The position numbers were made by a program, and so were the translations under genes. Positions 55,435 to 64,000 of a DNA stretch of 64,000 nucleotides are shown here, in pieces. Position 1 is the stretch's first letter; every line of letters starts with the position of its first letter. Source of the DNA: Desulfobacteraceae bacterium. GTDB lineage: Bacteria > Desulfobacterota > Desulfobacteria > Desulfobacterales > Desulfosarcinaceae. The stretch covers positions 9,611 to 73,610 of the forward strand of contig JABDIN010000022.1 of the NCBI GenBank assembly GCA_013003715.1, read 5' to 3'. A model generated the notes under the pieces. The model was not told the origin of the DNA, did no database searches, and saw nothing but the letters and a program-made list of their open reading frames with translations.

Positions 55435-57288
55435 ATGATCAGTATAGAAAATTTAAATAAAAGTTATGGTGCCCAGGTGCTGTTTGACAATGTGGGATTC
55501 AAGCTGAACGCCAAAGAACGCGTGGGACTTGTCGGCCGGAACGGACACGGAAAGACCACCTTGTTTCGAATCATCACCGGCGAGGAGGAGACAGACCTCG
55601 GCACCCTGATTGCCCCGAAAAATTATCGAATCGGTTATGTCCGGCAGCATCTTTCTTTTTCTGCGGACACGGTGCTCGGCGAAGGCATGACAGACCTGCC
55701 GCCGCAGGAAAAAGACCACCATTGGAAGGTGGAAAAAATACTCGCCGGCCTGGGTTTCAGCACGGCGGATATGCAACGGCATCCCAATGAATTTTCAGGC
55801 GGTTACCAGGTCCGGTTGAACCTGGCAAAGGTGCTCGTTTCCGAACCGGATCTTCTCTTGCTAGATGAGCCCACCAATTACCTGGATATCACCTCGATTC
55901 GATGGATAGAACGATTCCTGTTGACCTGGCCCCATGAGCTCATCCTTATTACCCATGACCGTGGATTCATGGACAAGATTGTGACACACGTATTGGGTAT
56001 TCATCGGCAAAAGTTACGGAAAATAACCGGAACCACCGATAAATATTACCAGCAGGTGGCGCAGGATGAGGAGATTTATGAAAAAACCCGTCTCAATGAT
56101 GAACGGAAACGAAAAGAGGTCGAGTTGTTCATCAGCCGGTTCCGGGCAAAGGCCCGTCTGGCCAATCTTGTGCAATCCCGGGTGAAAGCGCTGGAAAAAG
56201 CGGAAAAAAAAGAGAAACTGGTTGGTTTGAAGGATCTCGAGTTCTCCTTTCAATACAAACCCCTAAGGGCCAAGCAGGTATTGTCCGTCAGCGATTTATC
56301 GTTCGGATATCACAAGGATAACGCGCTGATCCGGAAACTGAACTGCTCCGTCACCGCCGGGGACAGGGTTTGTGTCGTGGGCAAAAACGGTAAAGGGAAA
56401 ACCACTTTGCTCAAGCTCCTGGCCGGCACCCTGGCGCCGTGGGAAGGCGATATCATTTATCATCCCCAGATAGACCGGGGAGTGTATGAGCAAACCAATA
56501 TTCAATCTCTCGTCGACAGCCGTTCCGTCGCCGAAGAAATATTATACAGCCATCCGGCAACCGATCAGCAGGCAGCCAGGAATATTTGCGGCGGCATGAT
56601 GTTTGAGGGGGATTCGGCGTTAAAAAAAATAAGTGTACTTTCCGGGGGTGAGAAGAGCCGGGTTCTTCTGGGTAAACTGCTGGTGACACCGGTGAACCTG
56701 CTGCTCCTTGACGAACCCACCAACCACCTGGATATGGATTCCTGCGATGCGCTGCTGTCCGCCATCGATAATTTCGAGGGCACCGTGATCATGGTGACTC
56801 ACAATGAAATGTTCCTTCATGTCCTGGCCACCCGCCTTATCGTTTTCCATGATGACGAGGTGATGGTGTTTGACGGAAATTACCAGGATTTTCTGGATAA
56901 GGTCGGATGGCAGGATGATCCCGGAGCAAAATCGCAGCCCTTGACGGTTGAGGCGTCGCAGCAGCCTGCCAGGCTCACCAAGAAAATGATGCGCAAACAA
57001 AGGTCGGAAATCGTTGCTGAGCGTTCCAAGGTTTTAAAGCCGATTGAGACGGCGATCGCCGCCGCCGAGGCGAAGATTCACTCCCGTGAAACCGAGCTCG
57101 ATACGCTCAACCGGGCCATGGTGGATGCTTCACGGGATAAGGACGGTCCGCGTATCGGCGAGTTGTCACAACAAATCCACACCTGTCAGACGATTATCGA
57201 TGAACAATTTAAAAAACTGGAAACCCTTTACGATCAGTTCGAAGAAAAAGACGAGCGATTCAAACGCATGCTGGGGGATCTGGAATAA
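55435..57288 (+). CDS. ABC-F family ATPase (two NBDs joined by a linker, no TM domain)
   Basis: Two ABC cassettes (GRNGHGKTT/FSGGYQVR/LLLDEPTNYLD and GKNGKGKTT/LSGGEKSR/LLLDEPTNHLD) and a C-terminal coiled-coil. 617 aa. Confidence 0.9.
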   Translation: MISIENLNKSYGAQVLFDNVGFKLNAKERVGLVGRNGHGKTTLFRIITGEEETDLGTLIAPKNYRIGYVRQHLSFSADTVLGEGMTDLPPQEKDHHWKVEKILAGLGFSTADMQRHPNEFSGGYQVRLNLAKVLVSEPDLLLLDEPTNYLDITSIRWIERFLLTWPHELILITHDRGFMDKIVTHVLGIHRQKLRKITGTTDKYYQQVAQDEEIYEKTRLNDERKRKEVELFISRFRAKARLANLVQSRVKALEKAEKKEKLVGLKDLEFSFQYKPLRAKQVLSVSDLSFGYHKDNALIRKLNCSVTAGDRVCVVGKNGKGKTTLLKLLAGTLAPWEGDIIYHPQIDRGVYEQTNIQSLVDSRSVAEEILYSHPATDQQAARNICGGMMFEGDSALKKISVLSGGEKSRVLLGKLLVTPVNLLLLDEPTNHLDMDSCDALLSAIDNFEGTVIMVTHNEMFLHVLATRLIVFHDDEVMVFDGNYQDFLDKVGWQDDPGAKSQPLTVEASQQPARLTKKMMRKQRSEIVAERSKVLKPIETAIAAAEAKIHSRETELDTLNRAMVDASRDKDGPRIGELSQQIHTCQTIIDEQFKKLETLYDQFEEKDERFKRMLGDLE

Positions 57289-57452
57289 GGCAACAAGGAT
57301 AGCTTCTATTGCTCCGGCGATTTAATATGTAACGATGTTATCTCTATTTTTATACAGAAATATTTGTTTTAGAAAACAACATCCCAAGCGGATATCGCCG
57401 GAAACTCCCTATGCGAATCGCATGTATTTCTGTGTTCAATTTAATTGCCGGG

Positions 57453-58352
57453 TTAATATTGGTATTTGCCACGCAGGGCGGCCAGCTCGGAAAGATATTG
57501 CTCCTTGTACATCCAGCCGGTTTGGTTGATGATGTCGTAGAATAGAAAATCGATGTGGGGGCGGATGTCGATGCCCACGCGATTGAGTTTCTCATCATTG
57601 GCGATATCCAGTATGAGGATTGAATAGTAGCTTACCAGAATTCTGATTTTGGATTCACGCCTCAACAGGTAGCTTCGACCTCCCAGAGTATTCAAAAAGT
57701 AACCGGCGTAATTGTAGAGATCTTCGCGGATTAATGAGGCGCCGGATGCCGTGTATTGATCCGGACAGGTTGTGGCCCAGTTAAAAAGTATGGCAAATGC
57801 CGGCTCAATTATCTCCGTCTCGTTGACGACAATTTCTTTCATGAGCTTCAACCGGTTTTTCCCCAATATCCGGTAAAAGTGGGTCACATTTCGCAGCAAG
57901 CTGAGTATATCCTCCAGTTCACCGGTCAATAGTGGGGCTTTGGTGGACAAGACGATGGTCATTTGATTGAAAAAACCGTGAAAGGGCATGTCCATGTCAT
58001 GGGCCGGAAGGTATTTTTGTTCATCCATGTACGAGAACAGGGCCATAACCCGGCGATTTGTTTCGTCGCAGTCGACTTCTCCCGCTTCCCATGACAATGG
58101 CGGTGTATTTTCGCCGAATATCGTGGACATGGTTTCCGGCGTTGGCGTCACTGCGCGATGTGCGGTCAACTCTTCCTGGAGAAGTGAAATTCGCGTTTCC
58201 AGGTCCGCCACAACACCAAGACAATCGTTTTCGGTCTGTTGTGTTGCGGCGGTCAATTGTGCCTTGTGCCAGCGTTTGACATGAACAAATCCCAGCCAGC
58301 TCGGAATCGCGAGAATGAAGATGATCACCAGCACCTTGATGGGTTTTTCCAT
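57453..58352 (-). CDS. Membrane-anchored hypothetical protein
   Basis: I choose the ATG at 58352 (RBS GGAG). Single N-terminal TM (VLVIIFILAIPSWLGFV), then ~270 aa with no recognised motif. Confidence 0.55.
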   Translation of the reverse strand: MEKPIKVLVIIFILAIPSWLGFVHVKRWHKAQLTAATQQTENDCLGVVADLETRISLLQEELTAHRAVTPTPETMSTIFGENTPPLSWEAGEVDCDETNRRVMALFSYMDEQKYLPAHDMDMPFHGFFNQMTIVLSTKAPLLTGELEDILSLLRNVTHFYRILGKNRLKLMKEIVVNETEIIEPAFAILFNWATTCPDQYTASGASLIREDLYNYAGYFLNTLGGRSYLLRRESKIRILVSYYSILILDIANDEKLNRVGIDIRPHIDFLFYDIINQTGWMYKEQYLSELAALRGKYQY

Positions 58353-58549
58353 GGGAAAGCTCCGTATACGTTTTTTTCGTTGAAGATCTCCTGCCACCGC
58401 CAATTCCGGATAATCTACGGCAGCAGATTCGGGATTGCAAGAGATGATTGTCCGATGGTGCGTGTGGGCTGTGGTTGAAATAGAAATGAATTCATGAGAT
58501 AAATATCAAAAATCCGACATTCCCGCATCTCAACCATCGACCGACCTGA

Positions 58550-58558
58550 TGATATAGT
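58550..58558 (+). promoter_or_regulatory. Extended -10 promoter candidate for pepN
   Basis: TGaTATAGT (TG at 58550-58551, TATAGT at 58553-58558), about 30 nt upstream of ATG 58589. The -35 is weak. Confidence 0.35.
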
Positions 58559-58588
58559 CATTCTTTTCCCATGGCAAAGGGGGCATAA

Positions 58589-61090
58589 ATGGACCACATG
58601 AAACCCATACATTACGATATTCATATTCATCCGGATCTGAATGACTTCAGATTCAAGGCTTCGGTTCAAATTCTCCTGGAAGCGAGGCAACCGGTCGACC
58701 GGGTGACATTGGACGCGGAGGACCTGGATATCGATACCTGTACGCTGGTGCGGGACGGTGCGGCAGTGTCATGCCGGTTTGATCATGACCGAACCCGTCA
58801 TGCCATGGATATCGAACTGCCCGGTCAATTATCCGGGCGATTCTCACTCACCATCGATTACACGGGTAATATCAACGATCGCATGAGCGGATTCTACCGG
58901 AGCCGGTATGTGGAAAACGGAGAGACCCGGTTTATTGGTGTCACCCAGTTCCAGGAGAATTTTGCGCGGATGGCGCTTCCCTGCATGGATCATCCCGGCA
59001 GAAAGGCCAGCTTCCGGGTGACGATGACCGTCGATGAAAAATATGAGGCCATCTCCAACACCAGCCCGGAAGAGATCAAGGCCCTTGATGATGGAACCAA
59101 ACGTATCCGGTTCGGGAAAACCCCTGTAATGTCCACCTATCTTCTGTTTTTCGCCGTTGGCGATTTCGTGTCATTGACCGACGAAACCGACAAGCGGTTG
59201 CGTGTGGTCACATTGCCCGACCTGATTTCCTACGCCGATACGGGATTGGCTTATGGGCGTAATTCGCTGCATTTTTGCGAAGACTACTACGATATAGCGT
59301 ATCCACTGGACAAGATGGATCTCATTCCAATACCGGATTTCGCTTATGGTGCCATGGAAAACTGGGGTGCGATCACCTTCCGGGAAAACCTGCTGCTGTA
59401 CTTCCCCGATGCCACCTCAAAGGCTGGTCTGGAACGTATCTTCGAAGTCGTCGCCCATGAAATCGCCCACCAGTGGTTCGGCAATCTTGTCACGCCTTCG
59501 GATTGGAAATATCTGTGGCTGAACGAAAGTTTCGCCACCTATTTCGGATACGGCGTGGTCGATCACCATCACCCGCAGTGGGGGGTCTGGGATCAGTTTC
59601 TGCACAACAACACCCATACCGCCATGGGCCGTGATGCACTCAGGGAAACCATTGCCATAGAGCTGCCCGGCGCCGAAAAAATGGCCATCAACAGCAGCAC
59701 CGCTCCGATTATCTACAACAAGGGCGGCAGCATCCTGAGGCAGGTGGAAGGATACATCGGCCAGACGAATTTCAAGAACGGCGTGCGTATGTACCTGAAA
59801 AACCATGCCTACGGCAACGCCGAGAGCCACCATCTGTGGGAGGCGTTTGAAGCGGCGTCCCAGCAGCCCATTATCGCCATGATGAAAAGCTGGATCGATC
59901 AACCCGGCCATCCCTTGGTGACGGTCGAGAGGCGGGGAAACGAATTGGTCCTCACCCAGCGGCGATTCACCTTCCTGCCGCTGGATAACGATCAGCAATG
60001 GCTGATTCCGATCACCATCACCACCTTTGATGATCAGGACCGGTCCGCACAAGTGAAGTTGTTGTTTAGCGAAAAACAGACCATCGTCCCGCTGGAGGAT
60101 ACGGTTCGCGCCTATAAGATAAATGAAGGGCAGACGGGGTTTTATCGGGTCCGGTACAAGGGGGCAACGGATGCCGAGGCGCTTGGCGACCTCGTCAGCC
60201 GGAAAATTTTGTCTCCCGTTGACAGATACGGTCTTCAGAATGATCTTTATGCTCTGGTGAGGGCGGGTGAGTCGACCATGGCCCGGTACCTGGAATTTTT
60301 ACACTATTTCACAGCGGAAGACGCGGTCCTGCCGCTGACGAGCATTGCGGACAATCTGTTTCGGAGTTTCATATTGACGGCCGGTGCGCAGCGGGACGCC
60401 ATACAGGCGTTCGGATGTGATTTCCTGGAAAGAATTCTCAGCGACATCGGTTATCTGCCGGGTGAGGACGACAGCCATACAACGACTATTTTAAGAGATC
60501 AGATCATTTGGCAGGCTGCTGTTTTCGGCGCCACATCCACAACCACCTTTGCCCTGGATCAATTTGCAGCACTTCAAAAGGCGACTCCCGTTCATCCGGA
60601 TATTTCACGAAGTGTCATGCAGGTCGGGGCTTTCGCAGGTGATCATAGCAGCCGTTCGTGGCTGGAATCCCGCTTCGGCACCACCGGCAGCGAACATGAT
60701 CGTATCAACTGCCTGACGGCTTTGGGCTGTTTGAGCAGTTGGGATGATTTGGAACCGGCACTTGAGTTCACATTGAAAAACGTTCCGCCACGAAATCAAT
60801 TCATTCCCATTGTTTCAGCAGGGATGAATCCGCTCAATGCCCATCGGATGTGGGACTGGTACCTGAGGAACCTGTCGCGTCTGGAAGCCTTCCACCCCCT
60901 GCTGTATGAACGGGTGATCACGGGTATCATCCCGACCGCGGGCATTGGCCGCAGGCAGGAGATCGGCGCTTTTTTCAACGGATACCTTGATAAAAAACCC
61001 GAACTCACAGACGCCGTGCATCTGGCCCTGGAACAACTGGCGGTGAATGAACTTCTTGGCGGTCAGCCCCACATATTACCGAGCAGGTGA
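58589..61090 (+). CDS. pepN: M1-family aminopeptidase (aminopeptidase N-like)
   Basis: GAMENWG exopeptidase motif and the zinc motif HEIAHQWFGNLVT...WLNESFA. 833 aa. RBS AAGGGGG. Confidence 0.9.
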   Translation: MDHMKPIHYDIHIHPDLNDFRFKASVQILLEARQPVDRVTLDAEDLDIDTCTLVRDGAAVSCRFDHDRTRHAMDIELPGQLSGRFSLTIDYTGNINDRMSGFYRSRYVENGETRFIGVTQFQENFARMALPCMDHPGRKASFRVTMTVDEKYEAISNTSPEEIKALDDGTKRIRFGKTPVMSTYLLFFAVGDFVSLTDETDKRLRVVTLPDLISYADTGLAYGRNSLHFCEDYYDIAYPLDKMDLIPIPDFAYGAMENWGAITFRENLLLYFPDATSKAGLERIFEVVAHEIAHQWFGNLVTPSDWKYLWLNESFATYFGYGVVDHHHPQWGVWDQFLHNNTHTAMGRDALRETIAIELPGAEKMAINSSTAPIIYNKGGSILRQVEGYIGQTNFKNGVRMYLKNHAYGNAESHHLWEAFEAASQQPIIAMMKSWIDQPGHPLVTVERRGNELVLTQRRFTFLPLDNDQQWLIPITITTFDDQDRSAQVKLLFSEKQTIVPLEDTVRAYKINEGQTGFYRVRYKGATDAEALGDLVSRKILSPVDRYGLQNDLYALVRAGESTMARYLEFLHYFTAEDAVLPLTSIADNLFRSFILTAGAQRDAIQAFGCDFLERILSDIGYLPGEDDSHTTTILRDQIIWQAAVFGATSTTTFALDQFAALQKATPVHPDISRSVMQVGAFAGDHSSRSWLESRFGTTGSEHDRINCLTALGCLSSWDDLEPALEFTLKNVPPRNQFIPIVSAGMNPLNAHRMWDWYLRNLSRLEAFHPLLYERVITGIIPTAGIGRRQEIGAFFNGYLDKKPELTDAVHLALEQLAVNELLGGQPHILPSR

Positions 61091-61154
61091 TGCCGCTCCA
61101 GAAGATATTATACGCCGCCCCATGGTTGAATGGAGGCGAAAGTAACATCGGGTC

Positions 61155-61170
61155 TGGCACGGGGACTGCA
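61155..61170 (+). promoter_or_regulatory. Sigma-54 (-24/-12) promoter candidate upstream of the small ORF and clpS
   Basis: TGGCACggggacTGCA. GG (61156-61157) and GC (61168-61169) are 12 nt apart. It lies about 100 nt upstream of ATG 61269. Confidence 0.65.
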
Positions 61171-61268
61171 TGTGAATACCGTGAAACGATAGTTCACTCA
61201 TTTTGAGAACTTGGTCTGAACAGAAATTCCGCTGATCAAAAATGACAAATGGATGAGAGGCCGCACCG

Positions 61269-61460
61269 ATGGATGCCATTACAATTGACTACAAGAATCA
61301 GAACATTGAAGTGTTTGCCAAAATCGCCAATAGTCTAGTGCGCAAATACAATTGCCGGGTAAAATATGACCATGACTCCGGGCAATTGCGGCTATTCGGT
61401 GATGACGATGCCAAATATGCCGCCATTGAGGTATTGCGGGAATATTTGGATGAAGGGTAG
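61269..61460 (+). CDS. Small hypothetical protein (63 aa) preceding clpS
   Basis: RBS-like GAGAGG 8 nt upstream. Hydrophilic, plausible protein sequence (MDAITIDYKNQNIEVFAKIANSLVRKYNCRVKYDHDSGQLRLFGDDD...). Lies 14 nt before clpS. Confidence 0.45.
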   Translation: MDAITIDYKNQNIEVFAKIANSLVRKYNCRVKYDHDSGQLRLFGDDDAKYAAIEVLREYLDEG

Positions 61461-61474
61461 TTGGAGAGATACCC

Positions 61475-61789
61475 ATGGGTACAAAAAAAACCGGTACGGA
61501 TCAGGAGATCCTTGAAGGTGTTGTGGACAAGACCACAGGCCCGCCTCTTTATAAAGTCTTGATATTTAATGATGATTTTACAACGAAAATGTTTGTTGTC
61601 CAGGTGCTGATGAATTTTTTCAATAAGAGTGAAGACGCGGCCACGCAATTGATGTGGCATATTCACCGGAACGGGATGGGGGTCTGTGGCATTTATCCGC
61701 TGGACGTCGCCGAAACCAAGATAAAGACGGTTACCGACTATGCCCGGAAGCATGATTATCCGCTGCGCGTGTCCATGGAGGCAGAATAA
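61475..61789 (+). CDS. clpS: ATP-dependent Clp protease adaptor ClpS
   Basis: PPLYKVLIFNDDFTTKMFVVQVLMNFF...AATQLMWHIHRNGMGVCGIYPLDVAETK, a canonical ClpS core. 104 aa. No clpA follows. Confidence 0.9.
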   Translation: MGTKKTGTDQEILEGVVDKTTGPPLYKVLIFNDDFTTKMFVVQVLMNFFNKSEDAATQLMWHIHRNGMGVCGIYPLDVAETKIKTVTDYARKHDYPLRVSMEAE

Positions 61790-61922
61790 CCGGCCATCCA
61801 ACGCCACCGGTCTTTTTTGCCTTCCTGTAACAAGTGCTGATTTCGCCACCGCGCCGGGGGGGCGATCCGCCTGATCCGGATGAGCATCAGCCCAGTGGCA
61901 AAGGTGACGTAAATTTGGCGGC

Positions 61923-63110
61923 TCATCCCGTTTTCCTGGCATATGGGGCCCTGCTGTTCAAGTGATTTATCTGAGTCCGCTCCATCTTGTTGATGTCATC
62001 GATGTACGACGCCATGATCCACTGCAACCGCGGGTCAAATAGTTGATGGTAACTATAGTTGCCCACGGCCCTAAATCCCCTTCTGATTTTATGCGTGGAA
62101 CCGGCTCCCGGATCAAAATACCTTATACCATGCCTTATCGCCCACTCCAGCGGCGCGTAGTAGCATGCATTGAAGTGCAAAGCATTGTAATAGCCCGAGC
62201 TACCCCAATAACGGCCGATGAGAGTGTCCTTTTTTTGCAGGAGAAGCGACATGCCCACCGGAACCTTGTCCGCGACGGGCTTCCTGTAACCCGCCACCAC
62301 CATCAGCCGGTGCCGAAACGACTCGTACAATCCGCTGAAAAACGCCTTGTTTAAATACTTGCATCCCCAGACACCGAATTTATCGTTGGTATTCTCGTAA
62401 TAGTCATACATCACGTCAAACAATTCCGGACCGATGTCATTACCGGTGTGTATTTGCACATCGATGCCCTCTGACGCCAAGGCCTTGCGTTCACGTTTTA
62501 TATTTCGGCGCTGGTTGGTATTAAACCGGACCAGGAAATCGTCAAAGGAACCATGCCCCGGATTTTCCCACAGGAAACTTTGGTGCAACCAGGGAATAAA
62601 GCCTCGTCCCTGTAGGATTTTTCGCCAGCCTGGATCCGCAAACAGGATGTTGAAACTGAATATCCGATTCGCCTTGCAAAACCGTTCTATTTCGTCAAGC
62701 ATCAGGTGGGTGAGCCTTGTTTCATCGACATCAGGGTCAACGAGAAACCGATACCCCACCGTCGGGGTTGCGGGGCTCATGCCAACAAGTTTAGGATAAT
62801 ACGGGATATTCATTTGATGGGCCGCCTGGGCCCAGATATGATCGAAAACAAATTCCCCGGCGCTGTGCGTCTTGATGTACAGGGGGGCGGCCGCCATCAA
62901 CCGGTGCTCTGATTGTACGATCAAATGTGCCGGTACCCACCCGTTATCCGCACTGATACTGCCGGATGACTCCAGTCCGTACAGCCACTCCCATTCCAAT
63001 ATGGGCGTGCTCAGCGGCACCGCCAATCGGTTCCACTGATGCCGGTCCACACCGGCTATGTTGTCCACCCATTTAAACAAAAGGGAAATATGTCCATGCT
63101 GTTGGTTCAT
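61923..63110 (-). CDS. DUF482/FemAB-like GNAT-fold protein
   Basis: WNRLA...PILEWEWLYGLESSGSI..GWVPAHLIV...APLYIKTHSAGEFVFDHIWAQAA....YYPKLVGMSPATP pattern, which I recall for the PF04339-type family. 395 aa. Confidence 0.75.
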   Translation of the reverse strand: MNQQHGHISLLFKWVDNIAGVDRHQWNRLAVPLSTPILEWEWLYGLESSGSISADNGWVPAHLIVQSEHRLMAAAPLYIKTHSAGEFVFDHIWAQAAHQMNIPYYPKLVGMSPATPTVGYRFLVDPDVDETRLTHLMLDEIERFCKANRIFSFNILFADPGWRKILQGRGFIPWLHQSFLWENPGHGSFDDFLVRFNTNQRRNIKRERKALASEGIDVQIHTGNDIGPELFDVMYDYYENTNDKFGVWGCKYLNKAFFSGLYESFRHRLMVVAGYRKPVADKVPVGMSLLLQKKDTLIGRYWGSSGYYNALHFNACYYAPLEWAIRHGIRYFDPGAGSTHKIRRGFRAVGNYSYHQLFDPRLQWIMASYIDDINKMERTQINHLNSRAPYARKTG

Positions 63111-63205
63111 GGGTATAACTATAAGCGTTGCCCTGAACTTGTCACGCGATCTGAGAAGAGGCCGTTCTGTGGACTGGTTATCACGAGTAATGGATAGTAA
63201 GACAT

Positions 63206-63324
63206 GCAGGGATAGCGCATGTAAAAATGATAAGGGTGTAACAGTGTCCGATGAAAACAGGTAATGTCAAATGGCGGTATGCTATCCATTTTTAAAGGAC
63301 CGCTTTGACGATAACGTGAAGATA
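63206..63324 (+). repeat. Intergenic repeat module M1, copy C
   Basis: gcagggatagcgcatgtaaaaatgataagggtgtaacagtgtccgatgaaaacaggtaatgtcaaatggcggtatgctatccattttt aaaggaccgctttgacgataacgtgaaga. Has a single heptamer unit (63266-63272). Confidence 0.85.
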
Positions 63325-63483
63325 TTAATCCGGCAACTAAGTAGGTAAAGTGACGTATCGCTGATTCGCGTAATGAGTTTCCGGCGGAACGTACTGGAGA
63401 CAAGCCTTCTTGCAGCCACCGCCTCCAATAAACCAGACATACGAGTTTTGCGTATTTATCCGCCGGAGCAATAAAACGCCGGC

Positions 63484-63577
63484 ATTCCTTCATTTGGCAT
63501 TGTGGTCGTACCTTGCATCAACGCATACCAATATTATAAAGTATCTGATACCATGCCGAATCTACATGCGATCATCC
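63484..63577 (+). repeat. Intergenic repeat module M2, copy C
   Basis: attccttcatttggcattg...gtaccttgcatcaa...gtatctgataccatgccgaatctacatgcgatcatcc. Lies about 160 nt downstream of M1 copy C in the same orientation. Confidence 0.85.
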
Positions 63578-63947
63578 TTGACAGGGGGCGCCAATATTTC
63601 TATACTTTGTAGCATTCTGCACAGGCGGCTCCATTTATTCATCTTTTTACGAAAACCATGGCCCGACATGACGGTGTTGCTTCAGGGCCGGACGCTGGCT
63701 TTTTCAAGCTTGGTGAGCACATTTCTTCCTGTGCGCAGAGTTTGTTCCTTTGGATTCCATTTCATTTGTACGCATTGATCATCTCGATCTTGGGAATTCC
63801 GGTATATTGCGGCAGGCAATCGGTGAAATTCTCAATATCAGTTGGTTTATTCACGCTGTAGAAGAAACGGTTTGCGCCTGTGAACCGTAAAACGGATCTC
63901 CGCCGATAATTTTTCAACGCTAACGAACATAAAGGGAGGAACCACCA

Positions 63948-64000
63948 TGATACGGTATCTTTTTTTGGTAATTCTCTGCTTGACCTTGGGCATTCATACC
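63948..64000 (+). CDS. Exported protein, N-terminal fragment (runs off the window end)
   Basis: RBS AGGGAGG 7 nt upstream of the ATG. MIRYLFLVILCLTLGIHT... is signal-peptide-like. Truncated by the window end. Confidence 0.4.

Noticed and set aside
1-64000. A search by eye for rRNA, tRNA, tmRNA, CRISPR arrays, integrases, transposases, phage genes, restriction-modification genes or other recognisable defence genes.
   Set aside because: None was recognised. Intergenic regions are short, except those described. No regularly spaced direct repeats and no cloverleaf-like GTTCGAATC T-arm contexts were seen. A tRNAscan/Infernal/CRISPR-finder run would be needed to be definitive.

Overview
By gene content (many PAS/GAF histidine kinases, a sigma-54 enhancer-binding protein, a multiheme cytochrome operon, tandem Usp, GGDEF proteins), this 64-kb chromosomal segment looks like a Desulfobacterota / sulfate-reducer-like deltaproteobacterium. 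That taxon call is inference only. I support about 55 protein-coding genes. By eye I found no rRNA, tRNA, CRISPR array, transposase, integrase or prophage genes.

Gene blocks in order:
- nadK and a Mla-like lipid ABC system whose only ATPase-fold gene is degenerate.
- metK-ahcY, panC, a cytidylate-kinase-like gene and a tandem Usp.
- A response regulator plus two histidine kinases.
- An ion transporter and an orphan HTH gene in AT-rich DNA.
- A peptide-utilisation block: dppABCDF, an Xaa-Pro aminopeptidase and a second 5-gene peptide ABC importer. An M55 peptidase, an M1 aminopeptidase and clpS lie further downstream.
- YihY; MazG, a GGDEF cyclase and a MinD-like ATPase; an orphan ilvN; an HDOD-GGDEF protein.
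- Aldo/keto reductase, CBS, radical SAM, GNAT and a cation/proton antiporter.

Main finding: a sigma-54 activator with a Cys-rich PAS domain sits divergent from a near-consensus -24/-12 promoter. That promoter precedes an operon for a periplasmic protein, a triple-rhodanese lipoprotein, an Otr-family octaheme cytochrome c and a cytochrome b.

Other notable observations:
- A two-module intergenic repeat family (M1 and M2, three copies each) with variable heptamer copy number and internal inverted repeats.
- Two further -24/-12 promoter candidates (upstream of a DUF4405 gene and of a small ORF-clpS pair).
- A structured leader just upstream of ahcY.
- A recent PAS-module duplication inside a 990-aa kinase.

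All calls come from reading the sequence and ORF translations. No database search was run. Domain boundaries and start codons are approximate where noted.
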